Source: the human T2T-CHM13v2.0 reference genome, Homo sapiens. From it: a DNA stretch of 64,000 bases. Below, one piece after another: positions 16,589 to 32,582 of the stretch; within the stretch, counting starts at the first letter, position 1; each line of letters opens with the position of its first letter. Below the pieces are notes generated by a model. The model ran no database searches. It saw nothing but the letters and a program-made list of their open reading frames with translations, and had not been told where the DNA came from. Made by a program: the position numbers and the translations under genes. Where the stretch lies: assembly GCF_009914755.1 (NCBI RefSeq), contig NC_060927.1; one strand, written 5' to 3'.

Positions 16589-16990
16589 TCTAGAAGCCTA
16601 TATAACAGCATACTAACAGTGTAACTCTGGTGTAACTAGGGTTGGTTTTTACTTTCTTCATTTTGTCTTTTCTAATTTTTTGTATAGTAACTTTTATCAC
16701 TGGGCTTAACAGGAATCTAAAAAATGTATTTTTAGCAATTGTTATGTTATATCCACAACATGATCTATATATTTTGTCAGGGAGGTTTATTTTTTGACTC
16801 AGAACTAGTTTGTTCTTGAAATATGTACTTTATTCTTTTAATTAGGGCTTAAAATGTTAAAATATTTCTAAAGAGGACTATTTTGGGACTCTACAGTGTA
16901 CCTCTTTAATGAGAACACCCACAGTTTAGGCCTATTAAGGCATAATTCCTTTATTTTACTAAAGAATTAAAATAATAAAGATTTGATAAT

Positions 16991-17662
16991 TTTCTTTCTT
17001 TTTTTTTTTTATTGATCATTCTTGGGTGTTTCTCGCAGAGGGGGATTTGGCAGGGTCATAGGACAATAGTGGAGGGAAGGTCAGCAGATAAACAAGTGAA
17101 CAAAGGTCTCTGGTTTTCCTAGGCAGAGGACCCTGCGGCCTTCCGCAGTGTTTGTGTCCCTGGGTACTTGAGATTAGGGAGTGGTGATGACTCTTAACGA
17201 GCATGCTGCCTTCAAGCATCTGTTTAACAAAGCACATCTTGCACCGCCCTTAATCCATTTAACCCTGAGTGGACACAGCACATGTTTCAGAGAGCACAGG
17301 GTTGGGGGTAAGGTCATAGATCAACAGGATCCCAAGGCAGAAGAATTTTTCTTAGTACAGAACAAAATGAAAAGTCTCCCATGTCTACTTCTTTCTACAC
17401 AGACACAGCAACCATCCGATTTCTCAATCTTTTCCCCACCTTTCCCCCTTTTCTATTCCACAAAACCGCCATCGTCATCATGGCCCGTTCTCAATGAGCT
17501 GTTGGGTACACCTCCCAGATGGGGTGGTGGCCGGGCAGAGGGGCTCCTCACTTCCCAGAAGGGGCGGCCGGGCAGAGGCACCCCCCACCTCCCTCCCAGA
17601 CGGGGCGGCTGGCCGGGCGGGGGCTGACCCCCCACCTCCCTCCCGGACGGGGCGGCTGGCCG
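16991..17662 (-). mobile_element. SVA (C/D-like): SINE-R plus a short VNTR, 5'-truncated
   Basis: attgatcattcttgggtgtttctcgcagaggggg SINE-R terminus; GC-rich VNTR units ggggcggctggccggg. Confidence 0.95.
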
Positions 17663-18227
17663 GGTTTTTTTTTGTTTAATCAGGGGTTGGATCAGTACTA
17701 GTTAGTTTTAGTTCACCAGTAGTTGCAGTGTCTTGGGATCAGGATCAGCAGGATCAGGCCCCTCCCTCCATCAAGTCTTTGGGACCTAACCACTGAGATT
17801 ACAGAGCTCTTTCTCTGTTTTCCAGCTCTTCCCCCACTTCCACATCACTGCTTCCATAGTAGTTCACTGGAGACATTTGGTGGGTAGGGAGGACTAGCTC
17901 TATATTGGAGACTCTTCCAGATTTCAGTCCTCCATACCAGCCCAAATGTAGTTGTTTTTCTTTTCTAGCAAATTTTATCTGCCTGTAGAGTCTTACTTCT
18001 TCATGTCTCCCATGCTGCAGGTATGAATCAGCACTTAAGGGCTCATCTCATTCTGGAATTTATTTTATTTAGACTTCTTGAATTTACAATTTTTTGATAG
18101 CTTCAAGCAAAAATATGATGCTCTGGTTGTTGTTGTTTATTCCATTCTGTCATTGTTACAGCACAAATGTGTTCTTTCTTGACCATCATCATCTTAGCTG
18201 GAAGTGGAACTATATGTCTTTTATTAG

Positions 18228-18870
<643 letters not shown>

Positions 18871-18984
18871 GTTTATTGTGAAAAATATCATGTATACAGT
18901 AGAGTATATGTATCTTACAGCAAGTTATAAAACATATTAATCAAACATCTGATGATCAGCACTCGGGTTAAGAAATAGAACATC

Positions 18985-19293
18985 AGCCAGGCACAGTCAC
19001 TTACACCTGTAATCCCAGCACTTTGGGAGGCCGATACAGGCGGATCGCTTGAGGTCAGGAGTTCAAGACCAGCTTGGCCAACATGGTGAAACCCCGTCTC
19101 TACTGAAAACACAAAATTAGCCAGGCATGGTGGCGGACGCTTATAGCCTACTCAGGAGGCTGAGGCGGGAGAATCACTTGAACCCAGGAGGCGGAGGTTG
19201 CAGTGAGCCAAGATCACCCCATTGCACTCCAGCCTGGGAGACAGAGCGAGACTTCATCTCAAAAACAACAACAACAACAACAACAACAAAAAG
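18985..19293 (+). mobile_element. Alu (S-type) with (AAC)n tail
   Basis: sense dimer; TSD aagaaatagaaca. Confidence 0.92.
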
Positions 19294-19647
19294 AAGAAAT
19301 AGAACACTAGAACCTTGGAGTCTTGCTGTGCTCCTCTTCCACTGTATCCTCATCTTCCCCTCATCCCTGCAGAGATCATTTCTATCCAGATTTTTGTATT
19401 ATAATTTCCCTGGAATTCTTTATGGTTTTGCCAGCTGTGTATGCATTCCTTTAAATACATTGTGGCTTTTTGCCCTTTCTGAACTTCATGATACATGGAA
19501 TTATACTACATGCGGTGTGATTTGCTGCTTTAGATCAACGTCATGTTTATGAATTCATCCATGTTAATGTGCATAGATAGCTATTAGCTGTTAATTTTCA
19601 TTGTACTGTGATATTCCATCACATGATTATACAACCATTTATCCATT

Positions 19648-19912
19648 TGCTATGGCCTGACTGTGTCTCCCCAAATTCACATGTTAAAAACTTAATCCCC
19701 AATGTGACAGTGTTGGGAGATGGGCCTGATGGAAGGTGTTTAGGTCATGAGGGCTCTTGTGTATTAATGCCACTATAAAAGTGCTTTCAGGAGTGAGTTC
19801 ACCATTTTCTGCTTTTCAGCCATGTGAGGACATAGCATTCTGGGGATTCTGCTAAACATTCTACAATATACGGGACGATCCCTCACAAAAAGAATTATCC
19901 AACCCAAAATAA
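19648..19912 (+). mobile_element. MaLR LTR 5' fragment fused to a MER20-like fragment
   Basis: tgctatggcctgactgtgtctcccc start; tgctaaacattctacaat...aagaattatccaacccaaaat MER20-like tail. Confidence 0.55.
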
Positions 19913-20343
19913 GCAGGGTTTTATTCTGGTTGGAAGAGGAATCAAGCTTTTTTCTGTGATGAGTAGAACTACTTTCCATGTTTGTCTCCATGCCTGCTGT
20001 GGGAGCTCAGTGTCATTTCAAGTTCCTCTTCACTCAGTCCCCCCATGCACCCTCCCCAGCTAGTAGCCCACTTTCACTAATGAGCACTTCTTTACTTTAG
20101 CTTGGGGACAAACACTGCTGCTGCTTCTGCTGCTGAGTGTAAGGGAGTGGAGGGAAGGGTCTTGAGACCCCTGCTGTCATGAAGTCAGTTGTGTACTCTC
20201 AGCAGCAGTTTATGAGGGTTCTTATTTTCCCATATCCCCACCAACACTTAACAGCAACAACCTTTAAATCTGTTGCCAGTCTGATGGGTGCAAACTGGTA
20301 TCTCAGTGTTAGTTTAATTTGTGTTTTCTTAATTAACGATGAT

Positions 20344-20642
<299 letters not shown>

Positions 20643-21194
20643 AATTAATAATGATTTTGAACAGCTCTTTGTAACTCTGGTTTCTTTCTCTGAATTGGCT
20701 ATGTACATTCTTTCCCATTTTTCTATTTGATTTCCTATCTTTCTCTTATTGATTTGTAGGATTTTATTGTATACTTTGAATATTAGGTTTTTGACAGTTT
20801 TTTGTGTTGCAGATATCTCTCATTTATCTGTTGCTTATTTATAGTGTCAGCAATTTAACAGAATTTTGATGAAATTCATCAATTTTTCATCTTCCATTTT
20901 ATGCTTTTGAGATATTGTTTAAGAGATTTCCCCCCACTCCAGTATCACAGAAGTACTGTTTTATGTTTCTCCTGTTGATGTTACAATTTTACCTTCCACA
21001 TTTAGGACTTTGATCCATCTGAAGTCTTTGCGAATGATGTAACTTGGGATCCAATTTGATTTTTTCCACATGTTGATCCAGTTTTCCAAACACTATTTAC
21101 TAAGTGGTCTGTTTTACCCCATTACTTGTAGTGCCCCCTTTATCATTTATCCAGTCCCTATATATACATGGGTCTTTCTCTGTACTCCCTTTCA

Positions 21195-21491
21195 TTTTTT
21201 TTTTCCTTTTTTTGGAGACAGGGTCTCACTTTGCCGCACAGGCTGGAGTGCAGCGGCGCGATCTCAGCTCACTGCAACCTCCACCTCCTGGGTTCCTCCC
21301 ACCTCAGCATCCCGAGTAGCTAGGACTACAGACAACGTGCTACCATGCCTGGCTAATTTTTAAATAGTTTTTATAGAAACAGGGTCTTGCCATTTTTCCC
21401 AGGCTGGTCTCAAAGTCCTGGGCTCAAGCAATCTACCTGCCTTGGCCTCCCAAAGTGCTGGGATTACAGGCATGAACCATGGCACCTGACC
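21195..21491 (-). mobile_element. Alu (J-like)
   Basis: antisense dimer with a small internal deletion. Confidence 0.85.
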
Positions 21492-21577
21492 TGCACTCCT
21501 GTTTCTACTTCATGGGTTTATTGGTCTTGTTCTTGGGGCAGAAAAACTGTTGTATTATTGTGGCTTTGTAGTATGTC

Positions 21578-21980
21578 TGTATTAGTTGGCTAGGGCTGCC
21601 ATAAGAATGTGCCACAGAATGGGTGGCTTAAGCAACAGAAATTTATTTTCTCACAGTTCTGGAGGCTAAAAGTCTGCGATCAAGGTGTCGGCAGGGTTAA
21701 TTTCTTCTTAGGCCTCTTTCCTTAGCTTGTAGATGGTCACCTTCTTCCTGTGTCTCCACATGGTCTCCTCCTGTGTGTCCCTGTGTCTTCATTTTCTCTT
21801 CTCATAAGGACATCAGTCATACTGGATTAGGGCCCACCCCTAATGACTTTATTTTTAACTTAATTACCTCTTTAAAGAGGTAATATCTGTCTTTATCTTC
21901 AAATACACTCACATTCTGAGATACTGGGGTTTAGGACTTCCACATATAAATTTAGGGTAGACACACTTCAGCCCATAATA
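21578..21980 (-). mobile_element. MLT1-type MaLR LTR
   Basis: tgtattagttggctagggctgccataa...cagcccataata termini. Confidence 0.8.
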
Positions 21981-22649
21981 ATGTTTTAATATGTAGTATA
22001 GCAATTATCCCCTCCTTGCTTTTCTTTTTAAAATATTGTCTGAGCTGTTTATAGGTCTTCATTTTTCCACAAATATTTTATAAGAAATTGGTCTAGTTCC
22101 TTAAAAGAGTCCAGCTGGAATTTTTATTTAGGTTGAATAGGATGTATACATTAATTGGAAAAGATTGACATATTTATAATGTTAATTCATATTCATTCAA
22201 GACCATGGAATATCTTTTAATTTATTTAGATATTCTTTTTTGTACTTTAACAACAATTTCAACTTTTTCTTAATAGAGACTTTTGAATTCTTTGTTAAGG
22301 TATTCCCTTACATGTAAGTCTACCTTACATTTCTGGTTGCTGTTGTGAAAGTTAATTTATATATTTTCTATTGTATTTGATAGTTGATTATTATTAGAAA
22401 TGCCATTGATTATTATAAGTTGATTTTGTATCTGGCAAACTTATTAAACTCTTGTTAGTTTTATTAGTTTGTTTATTCTTTATTTTTTCCAAATAGATGG
22501 ACTATTGTCTGCAAATGACAGTTTTCTTTTCCTTTATTTCAATACTTATATATTTTAGTTGTTTTTGTTATCTTATGGCATTGACTGGTAGATCTAATAC
22601 TGTGTTAAACAGTGGACTGGATACTGTGAATCTTTGTTTTGTTTGTAGT

Positions 22650-23197
22650 TGTATTAGTTATCTATTGCCATGTAACAAATTATCTCAAAATTTAGCAGCT
22701 TAAAACAGTAATAAATGTTTATTCTCTTATACAGTTTCTTTGGGTCAAGAATTTGGTTTCAGCATGGTTGGGTGATTCTGATTGAGGATATCTCCTGAGG
22801 TTGCAGTCACAATGTCATCTGGGGCTGCAGTCATCTGAAGGCTTGACTGACGCTGGAGGATCTGCCTCCAGGCTGGCTCACTCATGTGGCTGTTGGCAAG
22901 AGGCCTCAGTCTCCTGCCATGTAGACCTCTCCCTAGGGCTGCTTGAGTGTCTTCAGGATGTGGCACTTAGCTTTCCCCAAAGTGAGTGATCCAAGAGAGC
23001 ATGATCTGTGTCAGAGCGAGATGGAAGCCTCAATGTCTTTTATCATCTAGTCTTGGACTTCATACTTCATCATTTACACAAGGTTCTATTGGGTATACAA
23101 GTCGGCCCTATTGAATGTGAGGGGGGACTACTTGAAGGTGTGAATATCAGGAGGGAGGGATTATGTGGAGGCCATTTTGGAATCTGGCTGACACACC
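22650..23197 (-). mobile_element. MLT1-type MaLR LTR (older subfamily)
   Basis: tgtattagttatctattgc...ggggctgcagtcatctgaaggcttgactg...gccattttgga. Confidence 0.75.
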
Positions 23198-23550
23198 AGT
23201 CTGAAAGAAAGTGCTTCTAAATCTCTGTTAAGAATGACATTTGTTATAAGTTGTGGATATATGACTTTTATCATTTAAGGAAGTTCCCTTCTCCTGTTTT
23301 GTTGAGATATTTAAAACAAAAAAAGTATTAAAGACAGTTAAGGTGGGTGGGGCAGCAACCTTACAAGCAAATGAATGTGACAGGCCTGCACACACAGAGC
23401 CAGCTTTGGATCTCTCCCGTAGTCCTGTGTGATAAGTGGGAGGCATTGGCCCATCATGAGCCCTCTGTAGCTGAAGAACTCTGCAAAAACAGCCCTTTCT
23501 GCCTTGGGAGAACTGGCATAGCTATTTTACTTTTTTCTTTTCCCTTGCAG

Positions 23551-23609
23551 TGTCCAAGACAAAGATTTTGGCCACAGGAGGAGCATCTCACAATAGAGAA
23601 ATCTTACAG
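23551..23609 (+). CDS. XYLB: XYLB coding exon: (M)SKTKILATGGASHNREILQ
   Basis: long pyrimidine tract then ttgcag|TG, CAG|gtaagc donor; TGGAS adenine-binding motif; 59 bp. Confidence 0.96.
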
Positions 23610-24194
23610 GTAAGCGTTAGTAGTGGGCCTTACACCATGGCCTCTCCCATATCTGTTATGTCTAAGAGCCAGAGACTGGATAGGAAGGACAGCCTCCATT
23701 CCCACTCCTGCAGGAATGGGGAGCTCTTAGCTCACACTCCAGGAAGCAGCTCTGTTGCCTTACAGCTCACACTGTGAGTGGGATCTGTCTCACATGCAGG
23801 TGAATTCTATGGCTGTGTACAATCCACTCTCTGATACCAGCACTGTCCTCTGGAGTCACATGGAAAGTGCCTGTTCTTCCACATGGCAAACCTTCTCACA
23901 TCTAGTGCCAGTGTTCTTGTCTTCCTCAAGGCCTCTGCCTTCCAATGTAACCATCGCTGATTCTCCAACCAGTCCTCTTATAACACAGTTGCCAGACTGT
24001 TACTGTCCTTCTGGTCCTTCATTATGCCAGAAACATATGACCAAAAGTAGAATCAACCTGCAGATGTCTGACACTCAGACTGTCACCTGTGGGGCTGTCA
24101 GAGCCTGTTATGGAGACATTGTGCATTTTTGGGTGTAGCCTGGGGCTGCCTTAACTGTTAGAGTAACTGTATTAGCTGTTTGCTTGTGACTACC

Positions 24195-24615
24195 TATCTT
24201 AGGTAAGATTTTTCTAGAAACAGAGCCTGAAATGGGAATTCTTCTATAAGCAGTTTGTTGAGAGAGTACTCCCAGGAAGAAGGAAGTGAGGGACTCAGGG
24301 CAGTGCAGAGGAAGAAGGATAAGTGAGGATATGGTCTTGTCTGGAGTCTACTTCAGCTCCATCCTGGTGGGGAGGTGGGGCTCTGGAACATGAATTATAC
24401 CACAGAGCTGATTTTACCTTGGGACAAGGGGGCCAACAGGCCACCCTGGGGAGGTTAAATCTCCTGTGAGCGGTGGCCTATGCTCAGCCAAGGTCAGCTT
24501 TCTTGAGGAGGTAGTGCTGCAAGCCATTAGTAGCCAGTACTCACAGCAGCTGGGGCAGGATGCACAATGGTCCAGTGAGGGGGATCTGGGTCGGCATCAG
24601 TGGCATCTACTACAA
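24195..24615 (-). mobile_element. ancient ERVL-type LTR (LTR16-like)
   Basis: ctagaaacagagcctga...ggatctggg...catctactaca pattern. Confidence 0.45.
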
Positions 24616-24970
24616 TATCTCTGGTCAACTAAGACCTCCCCCAAGTTCTTTCCATGTGAACTCCTCTTAGTACAGGTCCTCCATTTGAAATGTATGCAAT
24701 TTATTTGTGAACCTAAATGGGAAACTTCACCATTATCCCCATGAAACATGCTCTTGTTAGCTTGGGTTTGTTTGGGCTTGTTAATGTTAGTCTAATACCC
24801 AGCTGTCTCCAGCCCTAGGTCAGTGCCATTTGCTAAACATACTTCCTAAATCTTCTGCCTTGTCTTTGGTGAAATGGCTAAAAAGTACAGGGACAGCCTG
24901 GGGAGCTGTGGCTCTCCACTACGGACCTCCCCCAGCTCATCCTGACTCTATTATCACCAGGGTAGCATGA

Positions 24971-25261
<291 letters not shown>

Positions 25262-25701
25262 TGAGGAGGGTGGAAAGGGGAGAGTGAGGTGTACCCAGTC
25301 TTTGGGGACATTGGAGTCTTGGGGACTTCAGCTTCATTTTTCTAGCTCCCAGCAGGTGAGAACCAACCCATACTCTCTGTTCCTTTATTCTTTGCTTAAA
25401 GTGGAGAAAAAGAGGCTGGGTCCTAACTGAATGAGGTCTGGTCAGAGTTAAGGTCAGCACAGGGACATGGGAAAAGAACACAGGGCATGGTTGAGAGCAC
25501 GTGGGCATGAGTCTGGACAGCTAGAGGGCAGGAGAGGTGGACAAAGTCCAGAGCCGTCTTTTCAGCAAGAACAGAAGTTGAAACAAAGGGGAAGGCTTCA
25601 GGCCCAAGCAGTCCAGGACCCTGGACAGCACCATGGAGCCCTGTTGCCCTGTTGGAGGCCTCGCTAAAACTCTGGGTATTAAGGGAAGCTCCCCGATCTA
25701 G

Positions 25702-26164
<463 letters not shown>

Positions 26165-26234
26165 TAAGCTTATGTTTTTCTATCAACGTTGAGAATTAAT
26201 CAGGCAACATATCCTTCTCTCAATAATTAACCTT

Positions 26235-26549
<315 letters not shown>

Positions 26550-26687
26550 TTATTCTCTCCCCACCCCATCTACCTCACCCTGCCTCATGCCATATCCTAT
26601 ATCAAGATCACTTGGGAATTTATTTCCAGATTCTTATATTAAGTACATTTAATATTATATTGGCTTTTATTCACACTTACCTATGAG

Positions 26688-26688
26688 T

Positions 26689-26726
<38 letters not shown>

Positions 26727-26742
26727 TCCTTCCTTCCTTCCT
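26688..26742 (+). repeat. (CTGC)n-(CCTT)n microsatellite
   Basis: direct reading. Confidence 0.9.
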
Positions 26743-26788
26743 CTGTTTGTTACTTTGTCTTTTTTTTTTTTTAACTTCCTGACATTTC

Positions 26789-27111
26789 GGTCGGGTGCAG
26801 TAGCTCACGCCTGTAATCCCAGCACTTTGGGAGGCCAAGGTAGGCGGATTATGAGGTCAGGAGATCGAGATCATCCTGGCCTAGAGGGTGAAACCCCGTC
26901 TCTACTAAAATACAAAAAAAAAAAGAAAATAGCTGGGCATGGTGGCGCGCGCCTGTAGTCCCAGCTACTCGGGAGGCTGAGGCAGGGGAATAGCTTGAAC
27001 TTGGGAGGCGGAGGTTGCAGTGAGCTGTTGCAGTGAGCCGAGATCGCACCACTGCACTCCAGCCTGGCAACAGAGCAAGACTCCATCTCAAAACAAAAAA
27101 CAAAAAAAAAC
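26789..27111 (+). mobile_element. Alu (Sc-like) with 12-bp internal duplication
   Basis: sense dimer; gttgcagtgagc repeated. Confidence 0.9.
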
Positions 27112-27148
27112 AAACTTCTTCTTCTTTCTCCTTTATTTCTATGCTGAG

Positions 27149-27457
27149 GTTTTGTTTTGTTTTGTTTAAGACAAGGTCTCTGTTGTCCAGCCTGGAGTGC
27201 AGTGGCGTAGTCATGGCTCACTGCAGCCTCGACCTCCTAGACTCAGGTGATCTTCCCACCCCCACCTCAGCCTCCCGGATAGCTGGGACTACAGGCACAC
27301 ACCACCACACCTGGCTAATTTTTGTAGATATAGGGTTTCGCCATGTTGCCCAGGCTGAACTCGAACTCCTGGGCTCAAGTGATCCCACCCACTTCACCCT
27401 CCCAAAGTACTAGGATTACAGGCATGAATCCTAGTGCTAGGATTACCGCACCCAGGC
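27149..27457 (-). mobile_element. Alu (J-like)
   Basis: antisense dimer. Confidence 0.85.
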
Positions 27458-28204
27458 TGTATGGTAGTTTTGTTGGAATATACAACCTAAATAAATATTT
27501 TAAGAGAGAAATTCAATAGGTGATGGTTTTGAGGCCTGACATGTCCAACAAGGCCTTTGTTTCATCCTCCCAAATACTGGCTGGGTAAAAGACTCTATGT
27601 TCAAAATACTTTTCCTGAGAACTGTGAAGATACTCTTCCATAATCTTCTGGCCTTCAGGGTTGCTGATGAGAAGTATGGGGTCTGCTTCATAATTCTTTT
27701 GTGGAAGTGGGAAAGGAGTTTCCCTTTAGGGACTTCACTGCCATCCTGCACTGTGTTTTGTTTTATTCTTTTTCCCTTTCTGTGCTTGCCAAAGGGTACC
27801 TGGGCCACTGCCCTGCTCTGCCCTCCAAAACCAAAGCCCGAGCCAAATCTTAGCTCACCAGTCCCTACCCAGAGGGATACTAACCACTTCATTTGGAGAT
27901 ATCTTCTCCCCATCTGGGTCTGGGGATGACTGTCTTGTGTAGCCAGTCTGCGAGTATGAGTGGAGATGGAACCAGAGTCTTTTGATTAGTTTCTTTGCTG
28001 TCCACCCCACCACCATTCCAGTCCCTCATCCATTCTGCTCTGAGCTGGGATTTTCTAGCATTTGGTTAGGAAAACTGGTCCTCACATCTTCAGAGGGCCC
28101 TTCTTCACTCCTGGTGGTGGTGGTGTTTGTATATCTGACGCTACTACCTACCTTCCCTAGAAATTGCTCATTGTTTCTTGCCCACCAATGGCAACCTTCC
28201 CCCT

Positions 28205-28600
28205 GCTACTCATTTGCTTGGTGAGTAATTATTGAGTGCCCCCTGTATGCCAGATGGTGTGCTAGGCACCATGGTTATAGTGGTGACCCGGAGAGACACA
28301 GTATCTGGCCTCGTGGACTTTACAGCTCAGCAAAAGAGGGATCTTAAACCAATAATCACTGAAATATATGGGCACAAGTTGGGAAAAGTGCTCTGAGGAA
28401 AAGCAGATGGTGCTGAGCGCTAAGGAGGGCCTCCTGAGCAAGTGATGGTCTTAGGTGCATCTTAGCTGAGGAGAAGGGAACAGGCATGTGAAGAGTGGAA
28501 AGAACATTCCATACAGTGAAAAGGCTCTGAGGCAGAATGAGTGGAGAGAAGACCAGGCTGTCCAGAATGTGGTGAACGAGGGGAGAGAGGAGGGGCAGGC
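28205..28600 (-). mobile_element. L2 remnant
   Basis: attattgagtgccccctgtatgccagatggtgtgctaggcac. Confidence 0.55.
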
Positions 28601-28918
28601 AGACCCTTCCCCATCATATGTCGAGGTTACCCGACCTATTCCATGAAAGGCACAACCACAAAGAGAAAGACAAGCTGGGTCCTGCTGGAGACAAGCCTGC
28701 ACTTGCCATTTTTTTGTTTTGTTTTGTAATTTTATTGAGGTACAATCTATATGACATAAAAATCATCCATTTTAAGTGTCCAATTCATTGATTTTTCATA
28801 AATGTACTGAATTGTGCAACCATCACTATAATCCAGTTTTAGAACAGTTTGCCACCCCAGTGAGATCCTTCGTGGTGTTTTTGGTTAACGTCTTCACTTG
28901 CAACATGCACTAATGTGA

Positions 28919-29071
<153 letters not shown>

Positions 29072-29441
29072 TGAAAGCCCGCTAGGGTTTTTTCCCCCAC
29101 CAAAAGGTCACCTACATTGAACGTGATGTGCTCAACTAAAGGAGAAATTCTGCTTTATTGAAATTATCAAGAAAATGGAGCTAAAGGGCCATGTTGTCAG
29201 CTGCAAGTCACAGATACTGCTGATTTTACAGCCAGGGTCAGATGGATTGCTGGGCATATTTGTATTGCTTCTTATGCCTCACGGTGGGCCCTTCCATGTC
29301 ACTGGGCTATAAAAGCTACTGAAAGGATCCATCACTGAAATTCAAGACATGCTGGGTTTCTAGCACTGAAATCTCAAGTCTAGACCCAAGATAGCTGTGC
29401 AGTCACCCAGGCCAGGAAATCCCTGTGAAGGCAGACCTCAC

Positions 29442-29885
29442 TTGTTGCAGGTTGGGTCCCTCAGAAAGCAGAGTCTGAGATGTCAACTAAGATATATGAG
29501 GTTTATGGGAGTCGGGGGAGTTGCTCTTGGAATCCACAACTGCAGAAAGGAAAGGGAGTAGACAGGATTGGACAGAGGGAGAAGGTGAGCAGCAATGCAA
29601 TTTCTGGAGCCTAAGCTATTCCTACAGAAAGCTCCGAAGCTGAGATGACCTTTAGAGTTTTACCCAGTTGGTCTAAGGGGCTGGGCCTTTATACCCCATG
29701 TCAATCAGTCATCACATGTGGGCCACCCCAGGATGCGGTGAGGCAGCTCTTTATAGCTAAAGCAGTCTCCAAAGTGGGCTGTCAGCTGAGGGCTCTCTGC
29801 CAACAGCACTCCCATCAGTTGGGAGAATAAGTTCTTCATTCCCGAGGTGAATCTGGATGGCACACCACAGCATCCACCACACCAC
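29442..29885 (-). mobile_element. ancient ERVL-type LTR (LTR16-like)
   Basis: tgttgcaggttgggtccc...cagcatccaccaca termini. Confidence 0.55.
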
Positions 29886-29938
29886 TGCACCTATTTACAG
29901 AAGGGTCTGGCAGCCCAGCAGCAGGGGTGGGTGCATCT

Positions 29939-30459
29939 TGTAAGGAACTGTGAAGGGTCTGAGATTTACCTGACTTGCAAGCTAACAAGTGAGCCTGCCA
30001 CCATTTTGTAGCGGCAGGCAGAAGACACGGGACTCCTGGATCAGAGACAAAGGGCTTTATTATGATGAACCATGATGAACTCATGGTTCATCAGGAAGCA
30101 TGAGCTTCATGCTTGCCTCATTTTCCCTTGGCCCCCAAATTCCACAGGGTGATGCAAAGTGGGCCCAGGTGGATACTGGCACATAATAGTCTGTGATACA
30201 ACTAAATGATCCCGAGCATAGAAAACTCCCAACCTTGTAAAGAAACTGCGAGCAAACCTGTCTAAACTTTGCCACCAAAGGAGACATTATCCTTTTTATT
30301 CTTGTCAGCAAACAGATAAACATTCTCTCCAGTGTCTCTGCCCTGGAGAGAGACACTATCTTTATGTCTCTATACTTTACAAACATCCTTGAAAAGATGG
30401 TCTGAAACGAAAGCTGTCATAAGACATGTAGAAACACTATGGAGAATTGTCTCCCAGCA
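29939..30459 (-). mobile_element. ERV LTR (LTR40-like, subfamily uncertain)
   Basis: tgtaaggaactgtgaagggtctgagattt...gaattgtctcccagca; tttatt signal at about 30056. Confidence 0.5.
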
Positions 30460-30874
30460 TATCTTGGAAGCAAGAGCTCATGCTGTCTAGAGCAGACAAA
30501 CCACACACATAGGTGTGCCCAAGCATCTGTAATTTTTCTGTTTGTGAGAGGCTATTTTTCTCTCATGTTCGAGAGGCCACTCGATACACTGGAAAGATTC
30601 AATGTCGAGATAAAGGACATTTAAGTTCTGATTCTTATTCTGCTTCTCCTTCACCATGAGACCTTAAGCAGCACTCCTTGTCTCCAGACCTCTGTTTGTT
30701 TATCTGTGAAGTGGGCACACCATCTGTCCTGCCTCCCTTTAACTTGCTAATTGTGAGGCTTAAAAAGAATCCTTGACCAAAATGGCTTTATAATCTAATA
30801 GGAAATCTGGGGGTAGAATTGGTTCAGTAGTTCAACATGAGAACTCTGGTCATGTTCCCTGCAATTCCTTAGGT

Positions 30875-31500
<626 letters not shown>

Positions 31501-32582
31501 ATGTGCTCCACATGGTGACAGGACAGCTATAGCTGCCCCAAACATCATGTCTTCACAGCTGTATTCGAAGGCAGGGATCAGAAGGTGACATTGGGCAGAG
31601 AGTCTCTCCTCACACACCTCTTGCTCATCAGGGAGAAAAATACTGGCCTATCCCTCCCCTATCCCACACACGCCCAACAGGCTACCACTTGGTCATATGG
31701 TCAATTCTGGTTGTAGGAAAGGCTAGGGTAGGGTCTGGCTCTTTCATTCTATCTAGAAGGAGGCCAGCAAGGAGGAAGATAATTGGGGAAAGTTTTAGGG
31801 CAGCACAGCAGCGTCTGCCTCATCTAGAGTACGGAGTGGCCAATCCTCTGAGCTGTATGTGCCTCATCACTCTCCCTGGCCTGCCCATGGCCGAAATCAC
31901 TGACAACTCATGGAACCCTTTACCATTGGATCCAAATGTAACCTCAAAAGCCCACCCAACAGCAGGTTGCAAGCAGTGACAGTCTATATGATTGTCAGCG
32001 TATGTGACTTATATGCAGACTGAATTTGTGGACTAGAGTTAAACTTCTTGAGAGCAGGGCCACATCCTTCATTCTCTCTGTGGCACCTACAGCACTGCTT
32101 GTGCTCAAGGGGAAACTCAAAGCAGTAAGAATGTTTTCTCCCTTAGCTCAGCTGAACGTTGCAGTTTCTCCATGAGGAGAAATCAAAGCCCCTTAGCTTT
32201 GTTCTCTGACTCCTTAATGTCCAATACAGGCTAGGACAACCTTAGGCCCCTCGCCTGTGGGCCTCTTTATAAAGGGTCACCTGTTATCTTTTGCTTTATT
32301 TTACTCATGGGGTCTATTCCCAAGTACTTCACAAACACATAATTCACAGGGTAGAACCAGAACATCAGCTGTGTCACCCTCATTTGGAAGAGCAAAGGAA
32401 TTTATCTCCCTAAGCCCTTCTAGGCAGCACAGACTTATCGTGGACTCAGAAGCCAGCAGGCTCCTTCTCTCTGGCTCTGACACCCTGTGTAACTGTCCCT
32501 GAGCCTTCTCAGACAGAGCTGCTCCAGCTGCACCAAGAGTAGGCCCCAGTTGCATAATCAGTTGTTAAAATACTTGGCTTCC

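Larger units (their letters stand above)
16206..17677 (-). mobile_element. complete SVA insertion unit: TSD, poly(A), 3' transduction, 5'-truncated SVA, TSD
   Basis: identical ggtttttttttgttt at 16206-16220 and 17663-17677; two poly(T) tracts at 16221-16238 and 16991-17010. Confidence 0.8.

Noticed and set aside
16846-16939. Exon-like stretch (ttttaattag acceptor, aag|gcataa) inside the transduced segment
   Set aside because: Stops in all three frames and a non-canonical donor; no evidence of a captured coding exon.
17181-17701. ORFs of up to 148 aa over the SVA
   Set aside because: Standard antisense SINE-R/VNTR translations found in most SVA copies.
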